A stretch of 56,753 nt of DNA, counting the filler, from Dugesia japonica (taxonomy: Eukaryota): assembly GCA_001938525.1 (NCBI GenBank). It is 5 parts of 5 records of this genome, joined end to end, with 100 filler letters (N's around TTAATTAATTAA, not from the genome) between each part and the next. Parts side by side here need not be neighbours in the genome. Positions count along the whole stretch, not along the records: positions 10,255 to 22,112 come from MQRL01631731.1; positions 22,213 to 32,097 come from MQRL01627475.1; 3 more parts are not named here. One strand, 5' to 3'. Below the pieces are notes generated by a model, which worked only from the letters and a program-made list of their open reading frames with translations, did no database searches and was not told where the DNA came from. A program made the translations under genes and the position numbers. Below, in pieces: positions 13,790-26,270 of this stretch; within the stretch, counting starts at the first letter, position 1; each line of letters begins with the position of its first letter.

Positions 13790-14583
13790 NNNNNNNNNNN
13801 NNNNNNNNNNNNNNNNNNNNNNNNNNNNNNNNNNNNNNNNNNNNNNNNNNNNNNNNNNNNNNNNNNNNNNNNNNNNNNNNNNNNNNNNNNNNNNNNNNNN
13901 NNNNNNNNNNNNNNNNNNNNNNNNNNNNNNNNNNNNNNNNNNNNNNNNNNNNNNNNNNNNNNNNNNNNNNNNNNNNNNNNNNNNNNNNNNTGAATAATCG
14001 CAGATCAAAGAGTTGCAAAATGAATGAGTCAAGTTGAAAATCATTGAAAATTGATACAATCATAATCATTTTGAAGAAGGTCACATCAGAAACATTAACA
14101 ATTCCAAGCAGAATTGATCTCCTAAAGAAAACAATAAGAAGTTTTGTTTCATAAATAAATCTTGTGGTAGTAGTAGTAGTAGTGTGTTAAATTATACAGT
14201 AAACAGTGCAGTAATTATTACAGTAAATGGTAAAAATAGTCATGAACCACTATTTTATAAGTCATCATAGCTAAATTAGTTTTTTTTTAAAATTGCAAGT
14301 AATAATAATGAAGATCATGTTTGTGATAAAAAGCGATCAAAGGTTTAGAAAGATAAATTTTTGAATGTTCTTGTTGGGGAAGAAAANNNNNNNNNNNNNN
14401 NNNNNNNNNNNNNNNNNNNNNNNNNNNNNNNNNNNNNNNNNNNNNNNNNNNNNNNNNNNNNNNNNNNNNNNNNNNNNNNNNNNNNNNNNNNNNNNNNNNN
14501 NNNNNNNNNNNNNNNNNNNNNNNNNNNNNNNNNNNNNNNNNNNNNNNNNNNNNNNNNNNNNNNNNNNNNNNNNNNNNNNNNNN

Positions 14584-15330
14584 AAAGAAAAATGGATTTG
14601 AATTAGATAGAAGTAGTAATGTTGGGTGAGATAACAACCGAAAATGTTATTGCGGTTATAGAAAGAGAATGGTTCAGCCGATTTTGTAGTCCACAAACAC
14701 TAATCACAGATCAAAGGAAGCCATTCACTTTATCAAAATTTCAAGAAATGTACAATAAAAATGCTTTCAATCACAGGACTACAATAGCATATCATCAACA
14801 GTGCAATGGAAAAGTCAAGAGTTTTCACAAATCTCTAAAAAACACACTCAAGACGCACTGAGTAAATGCTAAGAAAAAATGATGCAAAGATCTTCCAAAA
14901 GTAAGGCTGGGATTACGCAATTCAACAATATTAGACCACGGAGTTTCTCCAATACAAATAGTGTTTAGTTCAACGATTCAAATTCTAGGATAATTAAAAA
15001 ATCATCATTCAATTTAAAGAACTATAACCAAAATAAGTAGAAAAAGAGATCAAAATAAATGATAATCTACACCAGCCAAGAACGCAAAAATGAAAGACTT
15101 TTTTACTAATGAATTAAACGACTGCAAACTATTGTTATCAAGAATTGACAACCCGAATAAGTTTACAGTCTCCATACAAAGACTCATTCAAAGTAATCGA
15201 TAAAAGTGCCGACATGAAACTTTTCGAAATCAAGATCAATGGTGAAGTAAATAATGTATGCAACAATGAATCATACCGAAATAACTCCGTAATTCGGGTT
15301 GATGGCCAAGTTTCTTCTTTGAAATAATTT
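14584..15330 (+). mobile_element. Ty3/gypsy integrase fragment
   Basis: WFSRFCSPQTLITDQ...TTIAYHQQCNGKVKSFHKSLK core; downstream LQSPYKDSFKV (GPY-like). Confidence 0.85.
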
Positions 15331-17676
15331 GTTTTAATTAACAGTTTGTTATAAAAATACAATATTTAAATTTATTTAAAATGTTTCTTTGTTGATTCTC
15401 TTTGTTAATCATTATGTATGACACTTTGGAACACAATAACTTTTTAAAAACTATATAGAATTGTAAGATAGTTTTTAAAAGCAGATTTGTTAAATATTTG
15501 AAATTTTTTTACATTGTTTATAAAAAATTTAAAATAATCGGAATTAATAAAATATTTTTCAAAATGCTGATATTTTTTATTTTTCGTTTCACATATAATT
15601 TTTTTAATTTGTTTGAATAAAACAAATTTATATGTTTAGTTTTGTTTTATGAATAAATCTTTTATCGAAGCTAGTTTTGAATTCGAATCTTCTAACAAGA
15701 ATAATTAATGAAATTAAATAAATATTTAATTTGATTAAAAGATTTATAAAACAACCAATTTGAATTATATAATCGCTAATCTGGTTTCCTATTAAATCTC
15801 TTTCATTATCATATTCCGTAGGGAATATAACTGAATCAACTTTAAATTTTCATAATCTTGAATGATCAAATGTATATTTGAACTCTAATCTGAAAAGGTT
15901 TAAGTTTTCGTTTTAAATTTCATACTGCTGTTTGGGTTTAAAATAAATTAGTCTAATTATCATTGTCTAATGGTGATGAGTTGAAATAAAGATTTATATA
16001 AAAGTCTAAATTTTTGAAACATTTTTTGAAACTAAATTTTTTATTTTTTCAAAAAAGTTAAAATTTATTACAGAAAGAAGTTTAAAATTTCTGTAGCATA
16101 AACATAAAAATTAATAAATACAATTCATTGCAATTAAAATCCGGGATAGAACATATTAAACGGAGGAGATTCCATAAATCAATTTTATCAAATGAAGNNN
16201 NNNNNNNNNNNNNNNNNNNNNNNNNNNNNNNNNNNNNNNNNNNNNNNNAAAAAACATATTAACGTAATTTAATTGAGACCAGACTTATTTCAAAATATTT
16301 AAATTTAACAATATTTAAAATTGAAAAAATTTTTATGAAATATTTTCATTTTAAAAAGTTAACTTTGTCAAATATTAATAATTATAAAGTCGTTTCCGAT
16401 ATTTTGAAATTTTATGTAAATTTATTTCTTACTCTAGACACTTTAAAATAAATGATAAACTTATTGAATTTTTAGAGTAATCAATCAAAAAGAAATACAA
16501 TAAGCGAGTTCCTTATAATCCAATTCTAACATTGATTGATGTGATCCATAGTTCTAATAAATAATCCGCCTTTTTGAAACTTATAAATAATGTAGAAACT
16601 TGGCACTAACGTAATAATTTTGGAAATCATTGAATCAGATGCAGTCTCAATTTATTTCAACAATAATTTCAACAGAATCTCTGATTTGAAACTTAATGTT
16701 TAAAATTGATGATTAGCTTATTTATAGATTGTAGATTATAATATTGGTTTATTGATTGAATTCAATATTACGTCATATGACTAATTCAAATGTGTCAATT
16801 TTATTATTTTTTTACTTTATATTTTATTTTATTATTTTTTTCTTCTTAGTGAAATTCAACTTGGTTTGTGTATAGTTTTACAAAAGAATTGATCTTCTTT
16901 TCAAAATATTTAATCAAATGTTATTATTCAAAAATTATATATACTCAACTATTATGGCATGAAAAAGGTTAACCAATGTGGTCATAGAAATTATTTTTTC
17001 CAAAAAAATGATTTACAAAAGCCACCAATATTAATTCAGGTGAGATGAAGATCAACGAAAAAAACTGTGAATTCGGTGTTTTGACTTTATAAACAAAACG
17101 AAGAATTTACCTTAATATGAATAATCCAAGAAGAAGAAAAAACACTTTCTTAGTAAATAATTTAGTTAAAGTAACATTTGACCATGGAATTTCCGTAACT
17201 CTAAATAAAGTAAAGTTCTATCTGAAAAATGAGCATAACATGTACGAATTAATTGCCTACATTATATAGAGCAATCAAACAAATTATCTTGTAAGTTTAA
17301 AAAAAGAAACAGTATTTTATGTTTTACAACATTACAGCAGCTTCTTTAAAAAGTGTACAAATTGCCAACTTCAATAAATTATTTCAGTTATTTTTTTGAA
17401 ATCGAATTTTGTATTTTAATTTATGCAAGAGAAAATATAATAAAAGCCATTACCCATTGTCTGTGAGAATCTTAAATCAAAGAAATTAAAATTTGTATAA
17501 TGAATTCTGATCATTTATTTGTGCAATTCATTCATCAATAATTCAAATTAATTGTCAACATAAATAAATATCTCAATAATAATAAATGAGGAAAAAATAA
17601 ATTTGTTTATTGGAAATAAACCACTTGCGTATAAACGCTATGTGAATGATATATATTCTGGTTTTTAATAACCAAG

Positions 17677-17730
17677 TAGGGTTGCCAGGTAAAACCGTAA
17701 AAAATACCGGACAAAATTTTAAAATCAAAC
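17677..17730 (+). mobile_element. hAT-type left terminus inserted in the Penelope RT
   Basis: TAGGGTTGCCAG terminus with CCGGACA subterminal motif. Confidence 0.55.
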
Positions 17731-18034
17731 ATTTTTAAATAAAACTAAATTTTAAAATAAAACTATGCTTTTTTATTTTTTTTATATTTTTCATTTTGGG
17801 AAGTAGCTTTTAGCATTTTTTTATTTTTAGAAAATATTTCTCTTATATTTGCTATAAATAATTGCTCTATATTATATTAAGTAAAATTGTAAAAGTTAAA
17901 AATGATTTACAGAAATTATTTTGAAAAAATTATATGAATATATGTACTTTTTTAAATAGAAATCGATATATTTGAAATATTTTATTTTAATTAATTGAAA
18001 ATTAAANTTAAATTTCTAAGATTATTTATTTAAA

Positions 18035-18542
18035 TGGTTACATGACATTTAAACACGCGATAGATAATCACACGACACTTAAACACACGACATTTAAACA
18101 CACGGACATATATTCACAACAAAGTATGCATTTTAAACTTAACCAATACATTTTTTTTATAGCAACACAAGGTTATTTATAATTGTTTTATCAAGCCAAA
18201 ATTTAAGAATTTAAGAATAATTTGTATGTAGGCCTATAATTTTATCCAATACATATGAACATAATCAAACGAAAAGGTTGTAAAAGAGATTTGAAAATGT
18301 TTTGGTAAAAAACTAAGTTTTATTTTAAATTATTCAATAAATACTAATCGAGGATTGGCAGCAGGAATAAGAATTTTCAGTTGTCGGACGATCTTTGTTC
18401 TGAACCAGACAATACACTTGATATGTTGTTATTAAGTGTCGCATGTTAATCTGTCGCTGTTATTATACGTCCACGTGTTTAAGTGTCCGTGTGTTTAAGT
18501 GTCGTGTGATTATCTGTCGCGTGTTTAAATGTCGGCACACTG
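18035..18542. mobile_element. MITE with ~70-bp internally repetitive TIRs
   Basis: GACATTTAAACACGCGATAGATAATCACACGACACTTAAACACACG is mirrored at ~18475-18533; TTTAAA on both flanks. Confidence 0.85.
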
Positions 18543-19549
18543 TTTAAATACTATGGATTATTCTTCATATTTTTTAAACTTTGATCATACACTAGTGATA
18601 ATAAATAAAAACTTATGGATATTTGTGAGGTTATGAATTTAACTAATAATTATGAAACAGAGATTTGTCTCAAACCATCGATTACATGTTCGTATACATC
18701 TCTTGTTAGTTTTTGTGAATCTCGTTAAAAATACAACATGATTAAAGGACTGTTGTATAGATCATGAACTATTACCTCTTCATATTTAAAGTCTTGTGCT
18801 AATATTCAAAGTTTAACTTTTTTACTAAATAAAATTGGTTATTCTAAATCCATTGTGGATAAATTAAATCGCGAAACAATTGATAGGATCGTTTATAAAA
18901 ATAATAAGGAAAAAAAGATATCAATAATAATGTTAATAATATATTAAATTGTGAAAGTAATATCAAAGACCCAGATAAGATAGATAGGTTTAGTTACATA
19001 TTAACTATTATGTATTCGGAAGGATTTAAACAATTTAAGAGTGAGTTTTTAAAATATAGAAATAACTCTTTGAATTTTAAAATTGTTTTGCAATCATTTA
19101 AAATCATAAATATGTTTAATAATAAGTCTAAAACACCAATTCAATTGTGGTCTGATTTTGTTTATAAACATGAATGAAATGGATGTAATGCCACATACAT
19201 GGGAAAGACTTCCTGTCATGTCTGTATAAAACTTCAGGAGCATNATTGAGTTGGTATTAGAAGTTATATTGGTGAACATAATATTGATTGTAAATCAGTT
19301 ATTAGTATAAATTATTTTAAGATTTCTTGCAAAAATTTTAAAGATTATTTGGATAGTTGCGTATTGCAGATTAAATCAATTTATCCAAAAAACATTAATG
19401 TTCAAACTGGTCTTTCTAAATCTTTGTTGAATGTTTTTAATTAATTTGATTTATTGAAGAAATTACATCATTGATTACACAATCAGAATTTTTAAGATAT
19501 ATTTTTTTTCAAAAAATGGATTAAATATCGTTTTATAAAAGGAATAAAT

Positions 19550-19595
19550 ATTGAACCTGAAGATGATAGATATTCTGTCGAAACATGTAGAACAG
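19550..19595 (+). ncRNA. Hammerhead ribozyme (type I, Penelope-associated)
   Basis: CTGAAGA-T-GATAG/CTGTC stem II-GAAA-CATGTA palindromic stem III. Confidence 0.7.
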
Positions 19596-19761
19596 AAATA
19601 TATCTTGAAATGGCGATTCAGAGTTTTTATTAAAAAATTGCCATTTTTATTCAATTATTTAAATATTAACATTATTAAAAATAATATTAATGATAATTAA
19701 ATAAACAACGATGGCAAATGTTTGATAAAAATAAATAACGCCATTTAAAATTAAATTTAAT

Positions 19762-19801
19762 TGTCATATATTTCAACGGATCAAGCACAATCATCAGACA
19801 A
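19762..19801 (-). ncRNA. Degenerate hammerhead ribozyme
   Basis: rc GTCTGATGATTGTGCTTGATCCGTTGAAATATATGACAA; stem II is disrupted. Confidence 0.55.
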
Positions 19802-20027
19802 AAATGAAAGAAATGAGTTTATTCAATCTATATTATTTAAACAAAGATTTAAGCAATTATACTGAATATAAGATAGCTATAATCATAATTCTTAATTTTT
19901 AAATTTTTAATATTTTTTTAATAAAAAAATTATTTTATATTCTAATAAAGATTTTTCTATAATATTTTTTGTTTAAAATTACAATTTTGAAACCTATTAA
20001 AATCAAAAAATCTAAAAAATTAAAAAC

Positions 20028-20070
20028 TTTGGTCTGATGATGACGGTTGATCCGTCGAAATATATAACAA
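20028..20070 (+). ncRNA. Hammerhead ribozyme (type I)
   Basis: CTGATGA-T-GACGG-TTGAT-CCGTC-GAAA-TATATA-ACAA: intact core and perfect stem II. Confidence 0.85.
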
Positions 20071-21099
20071 TGGAAGTTTATTTTAAATGGCATTTTTTTT
20101 TATAAATGATAATAATAAAAATAATTATAAATAAAGTGATAATATTTAATTATTGTTTTATGTAATGTAAAATTCCGTGACGCAGTATGTCAAATACCAT
20201 ACTTATTATGTATGCATTGATTATATAATATGTCGAATTTCAATCTAAACTGGTCTAGTGTGTATGTATTTATTGTAAAAAACTATTTTTTAAATTTAAT
20301 TTAAAATAAATTCAATAAAGGCGTTAATTCCTGCTGATTACGTTTATTTATTCAGGTTTATTTTTGTATCATTAGATTCAAAATTAAAAATGACGTATAC
20401 ATTACATCAAGTGTAAAAATTGTTCTAGTAAACTTTACATTTGTGTGTATAATTGTATGAAGTATGTATATATTTTATTAAAATTAATATATATTTTCCA
20501 GAAATTAGTTAAATGCATAAAGAGTTTTAAAATGACATTATTGTGTAAAATGTGGTTATTATAATATGAAAATATTTGCAAAACTAAATTAATTTATTGT
20601 ATATTCGAAAAATACATGTGCACAGCTTATTAAAATCAATATATTTCTTATGTATAATGTACATGACCTATTGAAAAGTACATATGATAATGAAAGTAGG
20701 CTATAATTGTTGAAATTCAGTTATATTTATATGGAATTAGTGTATACATTTGTGTTTTGCACATCTTTTGTATGAAATCCTTATATTCTTTGATGAAGTC
20801 TGTAGAGAACTGATATTATTGTATCAAATTTGATTAATTTTTATAAGAAATTATTTATAGAACTAATGAAATTACTATTTGCTTCAGAAATTTATATGTA
20901 TGGTCTAATGAAAGTGATATAATACTCTTAAAATCTATATATTTTGTGAATAACTTAATGAAAAGGTACATAAGATAATGAAATTTTAATGACATTTGGT
21001 TATATTTGTATGAAATTAGTGTAAACATATAAGAATACTACATATTTTTTATTAAATTTACAAACTCAAAAAACATTGGCAATTTTTTAAAAAAATTAA

Positions 21100-22079
21100 T
21101 GAACACCATTTCATAAAATATTTTTTACTGCAATTAATTTCGACGGAATAACCGTCATCATCAGGCAATTTAATGATTATTAAAACAAAATATTTATAAA
21201 GTTTAAATGATTATATAATTTCAATTATGTAATCTCAATNNNNNNNNNNNNNNNNNNNNNNNNNNNNNNNNNNNNNNNNNNNNNNNNNNAATGATTATAT
21301 AATTTCAATTATGTAATCTCAATACATAATCAATAAAATAATTTTAAGAGCGATGTTGAATCCATCAACTGAACATTAATTTTAATATTTATTACCCTTA
21401 TCAACAAAGCATCACACACCATTCTCTCCCAATAATCATTAATCTTACTCTCTAATTTAGACAAGAAAATAGAATCTAATGTTGGAGCTAATGGGGATCC
21501 CATTGACACACCATCAACCTGTCTATACCATTCATCATTAAAAAGAAATTGAACATTCAATGTCGCAAATATTAAAAGATCACGAAACGCTAAATCACCT
21601 AAAGAAGATTTATTAGGATTAAAATAACTCCATATTTCACAACACATATCTATTGTCTCTTTTAATGGAACATTTTAAAGATATATATGAAAATACTTTG
21701 CTCTATTAGAAGAAAAGATTTGGACATATGTTTTTGGAAACATGTAATGAAGAACAGATTATTCCGGCTTTAATTTTTAAATCCAAACTCCATGAATGCC
21801 ACTCAAATGAGGCGAGGAAGATGCTCAGACGTATGTTAGAAACGGAGAAGAAAAGAAGGAATGATTTAGTTAGCCAACTATCAGTTTTGAGGCTTGCTCC
21901 TAATAAAGTGACCGGTGATTATTGTTTTCAATTTTGTATTAAAGTCTAGATTTTTAATTCTTTAAAATTACTCTCCAATAAGATCAGTAAGAAATTAATT
22001 AACCTCAGAAAATTATTTGACGTATATAAATTCAATATAAAATATACTGTTGTAAATATGAATGATATTAAATTAAATT

Positions 22080-22080
<1 letters not shown>
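21100..22080 (-). mobile_element. Rearranged Penelope-like element: RT fragment on minus, N-terminal fragment inverted on plus
   Basis: VPLKETID...FLFNDEWYRQVDGVSMGSPLAPTL (21330-21675, minus); FLETCNEEQIIP (21728-21949, plus). Confidence 0.85.
21128..21169 (-). ncRNA. Hammerhead ribozyme (type I)
   Basis: rc TTGC-CTGATGA-T-GACGG-TTATT-CCGTC-GAAA-TTAATT-GCAG, downstream of a Penelope RT fragment. Confidence 0.85.
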
Positions 22081-22112
<32 letters not shown>

Positions 22113-22212
22113 NNNNNNNNNNNNNNNNNNNNNNNNNNNNNNNNNNNNNNNNNNNNTTAATTAATTAANNNNNNNNNNNNNNNNNNNNNNNNNNNNNNNN
22201 NNNNNNNNNNNN

Positions 22213-25200
22213 CCTAATTATGATCTATTATTATCACCGGATCACTTTCAACAAGCAACTCACAACGTTATGAAAAAGATGTGGGGCAAATTCATTATAT
22301 TTAGCCATGCATTGATTATCGAGATTTAAATGCAAAGACAAAGAAAGACACCTATTCATTACCAGATATAAACGAAATGTTAATGTTATTATACAATGCA
22401 AAGATATTTACGACATAGGATTTACGAAGTGAATATTGGTAAATAAAAATAGAAGAAGCAGATAAAGAGAAAACCGCGTTTTTAGCAGGTAAAGATTTAT
22501 ATCCGTTTGTGAGGATGCCATTTCGACTAACAAATGCACCGGCATCATTTCAATGAGCAATGAATTTTGTGCACATGGAATACCTCAGAGTATGGTATAT
22601 ATCGATGATTTATTAATACTTTCAACGACATTTGAGGAACATTTAAAAGATTTGAGAAATGTATTTGTACGACTGAGAATGAGAAACCTCAAAGTAAAAG
22701 TGTGAATGGGCAAAAAATTAAGTAACATATATTTTGGTCGCTTATTATCAGATCAAGGAACACAACCAGATCCAGTGAATATTGAAAAGATAAAGAAATT
22801 ACCAGTATCGAAAACAGTAAATGATGTACAAGTATTTTTAGGCATGCCGAACTATTACAGAAAATTTATAAAAGGATTTGCAACGAAAGTTAAAACAATT
22901 CAATCATTAAAGAGACAAGATTTAAAATTTATTTGGAAAGACGAGCATCAAAAGACATTCGAGATAACACGAGTAAAGTTGATGACGGCACCAATATTAT
23001 TAGTACCAGATTTTAAAAAAACCATTTATATTGGCAACAGACGCAAGCGGATATACAATGGGAGCAGTATTGAGTCAGCTAGACAAAAAGGGTCGAGAAC
23101 AAGTAATCGGTTATTCTAGTAAACCCTTTCAAGGTGCAGAGAAGAACTACAGTACAATGGAACGAGAAATTTTAGCAATTGTGAAAGCAGTAAGGCATTT
23201 CAATCACTTGATACTTGGACACGAACTAATAGTTTATACAGACCATCAACTGCTTACAATGATTGGACAAAAATTTCTACAGATAAATTGAATGGCAAGA
23301 TGGGCAATGAAACTACAGGAATATGCACCATTAGTGAAATACAAATCGGGTAAAGCAAATGCAAATGCAGATATGTCAAGAGCGAGATTTATAGATGGAC
23401 TAGAAGAGAAAGCGGAAACTACAATTTAAGACAATGAAGAGATTAAGATTCAGCAATTAATGAATCGAGAAATACGAACTTTATGTATGATATTAGCAGA
23501 AAGTAAAGGTTTTACAGGTTTCAAAAAGGATCAAGATGCTGATGAAAAGATTAAAATAATTCTAGATTGTCTAAAACATTACGATCTGAGTAAAGTTGAA
23601 TGCAATAAAAGCAAAAAAGAATATTTGAAGGAAGAGGTGGACGATACGCAATAGTTAATGTATGGCTGATGATGAAAGAGAGTGACAAAATTTTGTTAGC
23701 AATACCAAAAAGGAGACGAGCAAAGATTTTGGAACAATATCATAATGGAATATTAGGATGTTATATGTCATCTAAAAAGACAGAATCAAATTTGAGAGCA
23801 AAATATTATTGGCCACATATAACGACAAGTGTAAAAACATGGGTGGAACAATGCCAGATATGTGCAGCAAGTAGAGGAACAGGAAAAAAATTCAGAGTTC
23901 CGCTACGACCATAGATATAATAGCAAGGGATATAATTGGCCCATTACCACCAACTGACAGTGGAAATATATATATATTTTTTAACAGTTGTAGATTATCT
24001 ATCAAAATTTCCAGAAGCATTAGCGTTAAGAGATCAGAAAGCAGCGACAATCACCAAAGTATTAGTGGACACAGTGTTTAGTCGTTATGGATCTCCAAAG
24101 AAAATAATAACTGATCAATGAAAGAATTTTATGAGCGAGCTAATGAAGGAAGTTACGAGTTTCTTCAATATTTACATATAACAAACATCAGCATATCATC
24201 CGCAGACGGACGGAATGACAAAAAGATTCAATCAAACTTTTACAAGAATGCTATTGAGCTATGCTTCAAAGGATCAAAGAGAACGGGGCAAGCATTTGAA
24301 TTTATGCATATTTGCATATAGAATGGGAGTACATCCAACAACAAGAGCAGCACCGTTCAGTTTCATGTACGAAAGAAAGTGTAATATGCCTATTGACCTT
24401 GAATATCAACCAAAAATTTCACAATACATGGATGAAGACGATTATCTGACAGGCATGATGGAGCGAATGAAAGAAATGTGGATATTGGCAAAAGCAAACG
24501 CAAGATTTAGTCAAGAAAGTTACAAAGAATTACACGATCTTAAAGCAGAAGATCCTATATTTAAGAAATGAGATCTAGTGTTAGTTAACACACCGATAAT
24601 TGATATTGGCAGAACAGATAAATTAAAGAGACCAAATAAAGGGCCACATATGGTAATTGAAACAATAGCAACACATTTAAAATGAAAAGAATTAAAAAAC
24701 CTTCAAAGAAACCAAGTATCGTGCATGTGTCAAGATGCAAATTGGCAGTCAAGGAGACGGAGACAAATAAAGAAACTTTAGTAGAAGCAGAACCAAAAAC
24801 AGGTAAAAGAAAACGAGTTAAATTTAAATTAGACGAACCTAATGATGAACAAAGGTATCCGATCAGATCAAGACATCGTGTATTGAGGTTTACCGCAAAA
24901 CCAAGAGAAGGAATTTTAGGGGCTCAAGAACCAAACAAAGAAACTAATCTGTGCAAAATTTGTAAAGAGATGAGACCAGAAAAATACCTTTGAAAAAGAG
25001 TCAATTGCTAAAAATGTGTTATCAATTTTTCGAACCACACAAGATAAAATCGTACATGTAGATAGAGAGATTAATCAAGTGTTTTTACAAATGTGGAGAG
25101 AGAAGACTGATGTTAAAAGCAATGTATGGAAGTGGCAATTAAATTAAATATACAAAAGAAAAAATGTAGACAATGGTGTATTAACAATTTAACAAATGCG

Positions 25201-26270
25201 AGACGAATAAATATTAGTGAAATTAGATGTTTTCAATCATTTAACATGCTTATCAGAAACAAAACCATTAAGACTAAATATTGAATTAAAAACTGAGGAG
25301 ATTATGAGAAAGTCTCAGCTAAATAATAATCTGACTATAATTGAAAAAAGACGAGATATACTTAATGAATATTGTCATTCAGTGGAAATTGGAATAATTC
25401 AAGAGAATCAAATATATGACAATCCAGGATGCGGACAATATGGACCGAAAGGATATAGAATGGCAGATAACTGGAAACCATTGTCTAAACCGTGTTTACA
25501 AATTTCACAGAGAATTACAATGCGACAACAAGAAAGATGGACATTTAATAAATCAAATCGATAAGAGATAAAGCGAAACAAGGAAGCTCATTCGCCATGG
25601 AATTTAGAAGGAAATTGTAAAAATTTCAGACCTACAAAATATCCAATCGACATGACAATCGCAAAGAAATTATGTGGAGGCTGAAAAATTAATCTACATA
25701 CAGAGATTCAGTTATCATAAAAAAATGTGGAACAAAAGAAACGATGATTAATAACTAGCAAAATTCAAAGTGAAATCAGATGCAAATATTGTAATAAAGA
25801 GCGCATAGAAGCCAGGGTCGTAATAACGGAAAACAAATTAAAAGAGGTATGTCTGAAATGTATAATAATAATATAACTACAATTGAAAGAAGCTGAAGAG
25901 ACAATATGGGATTTTATTGATATGTATAAAGTGCAACCAAAAGTAAAGAAGTGTAATCGATGTGTAGCAAAGAAACTTACTAAATGTCCGATAGTGGCAG
26001 AAGATTTAGAGAATTTATGTGATAAATGTTTTCAAAAGACAGAAATTGAAGTCACAGACTCACTAATCATAATAGCACGAAGGAGACGCTGGTTGATGAA
26101 CCATTCGGTACAAGATAATCGAGAATGTCTCAAATCTAAAGTAGAAGATATAGTATAGTATAGATTTACAATAATCGAATGTTACTGGAAATCAGTAGAA
26201 ACTACGCTTAGCGAGAAACAGCTTGGCAAATGTATAAACTTTCTGTCAGGAGTATCAAGTATAGTTTCTT
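22213..26270 (+). mobile_element. Decayed Ty3/gypsy pol (RT-RNase H-INT) with a long Cys-rich C-terminal extension
   Basis: CIDYRDLN, RMPF.LTNAP, YIDDLL, FLGMPNYYRKFI, TDASGYTMGAVLSQ, YTDHQ, YYWP..CQIC, VDYLSKFPEA, IITDQ and YHPQTDG motifs; then ~1.5 kb of purine-rich coding sequence with CxxC pairs. Confidence 0.95.

Larger units (their letters stand above)
17150..19620 (+). mobile_element. Decayed Penelope-like element (RT + GIY-YIG endonuclease) with nested insertions
   Basis: YKRYVNDI (YVDD motif) at ~17630; GLLYRS; VYKH..CNATYMGKTS...QEH endonuclease motif at ~19160-19243; hammerhead at the 3' end. Confidence 0.75.
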
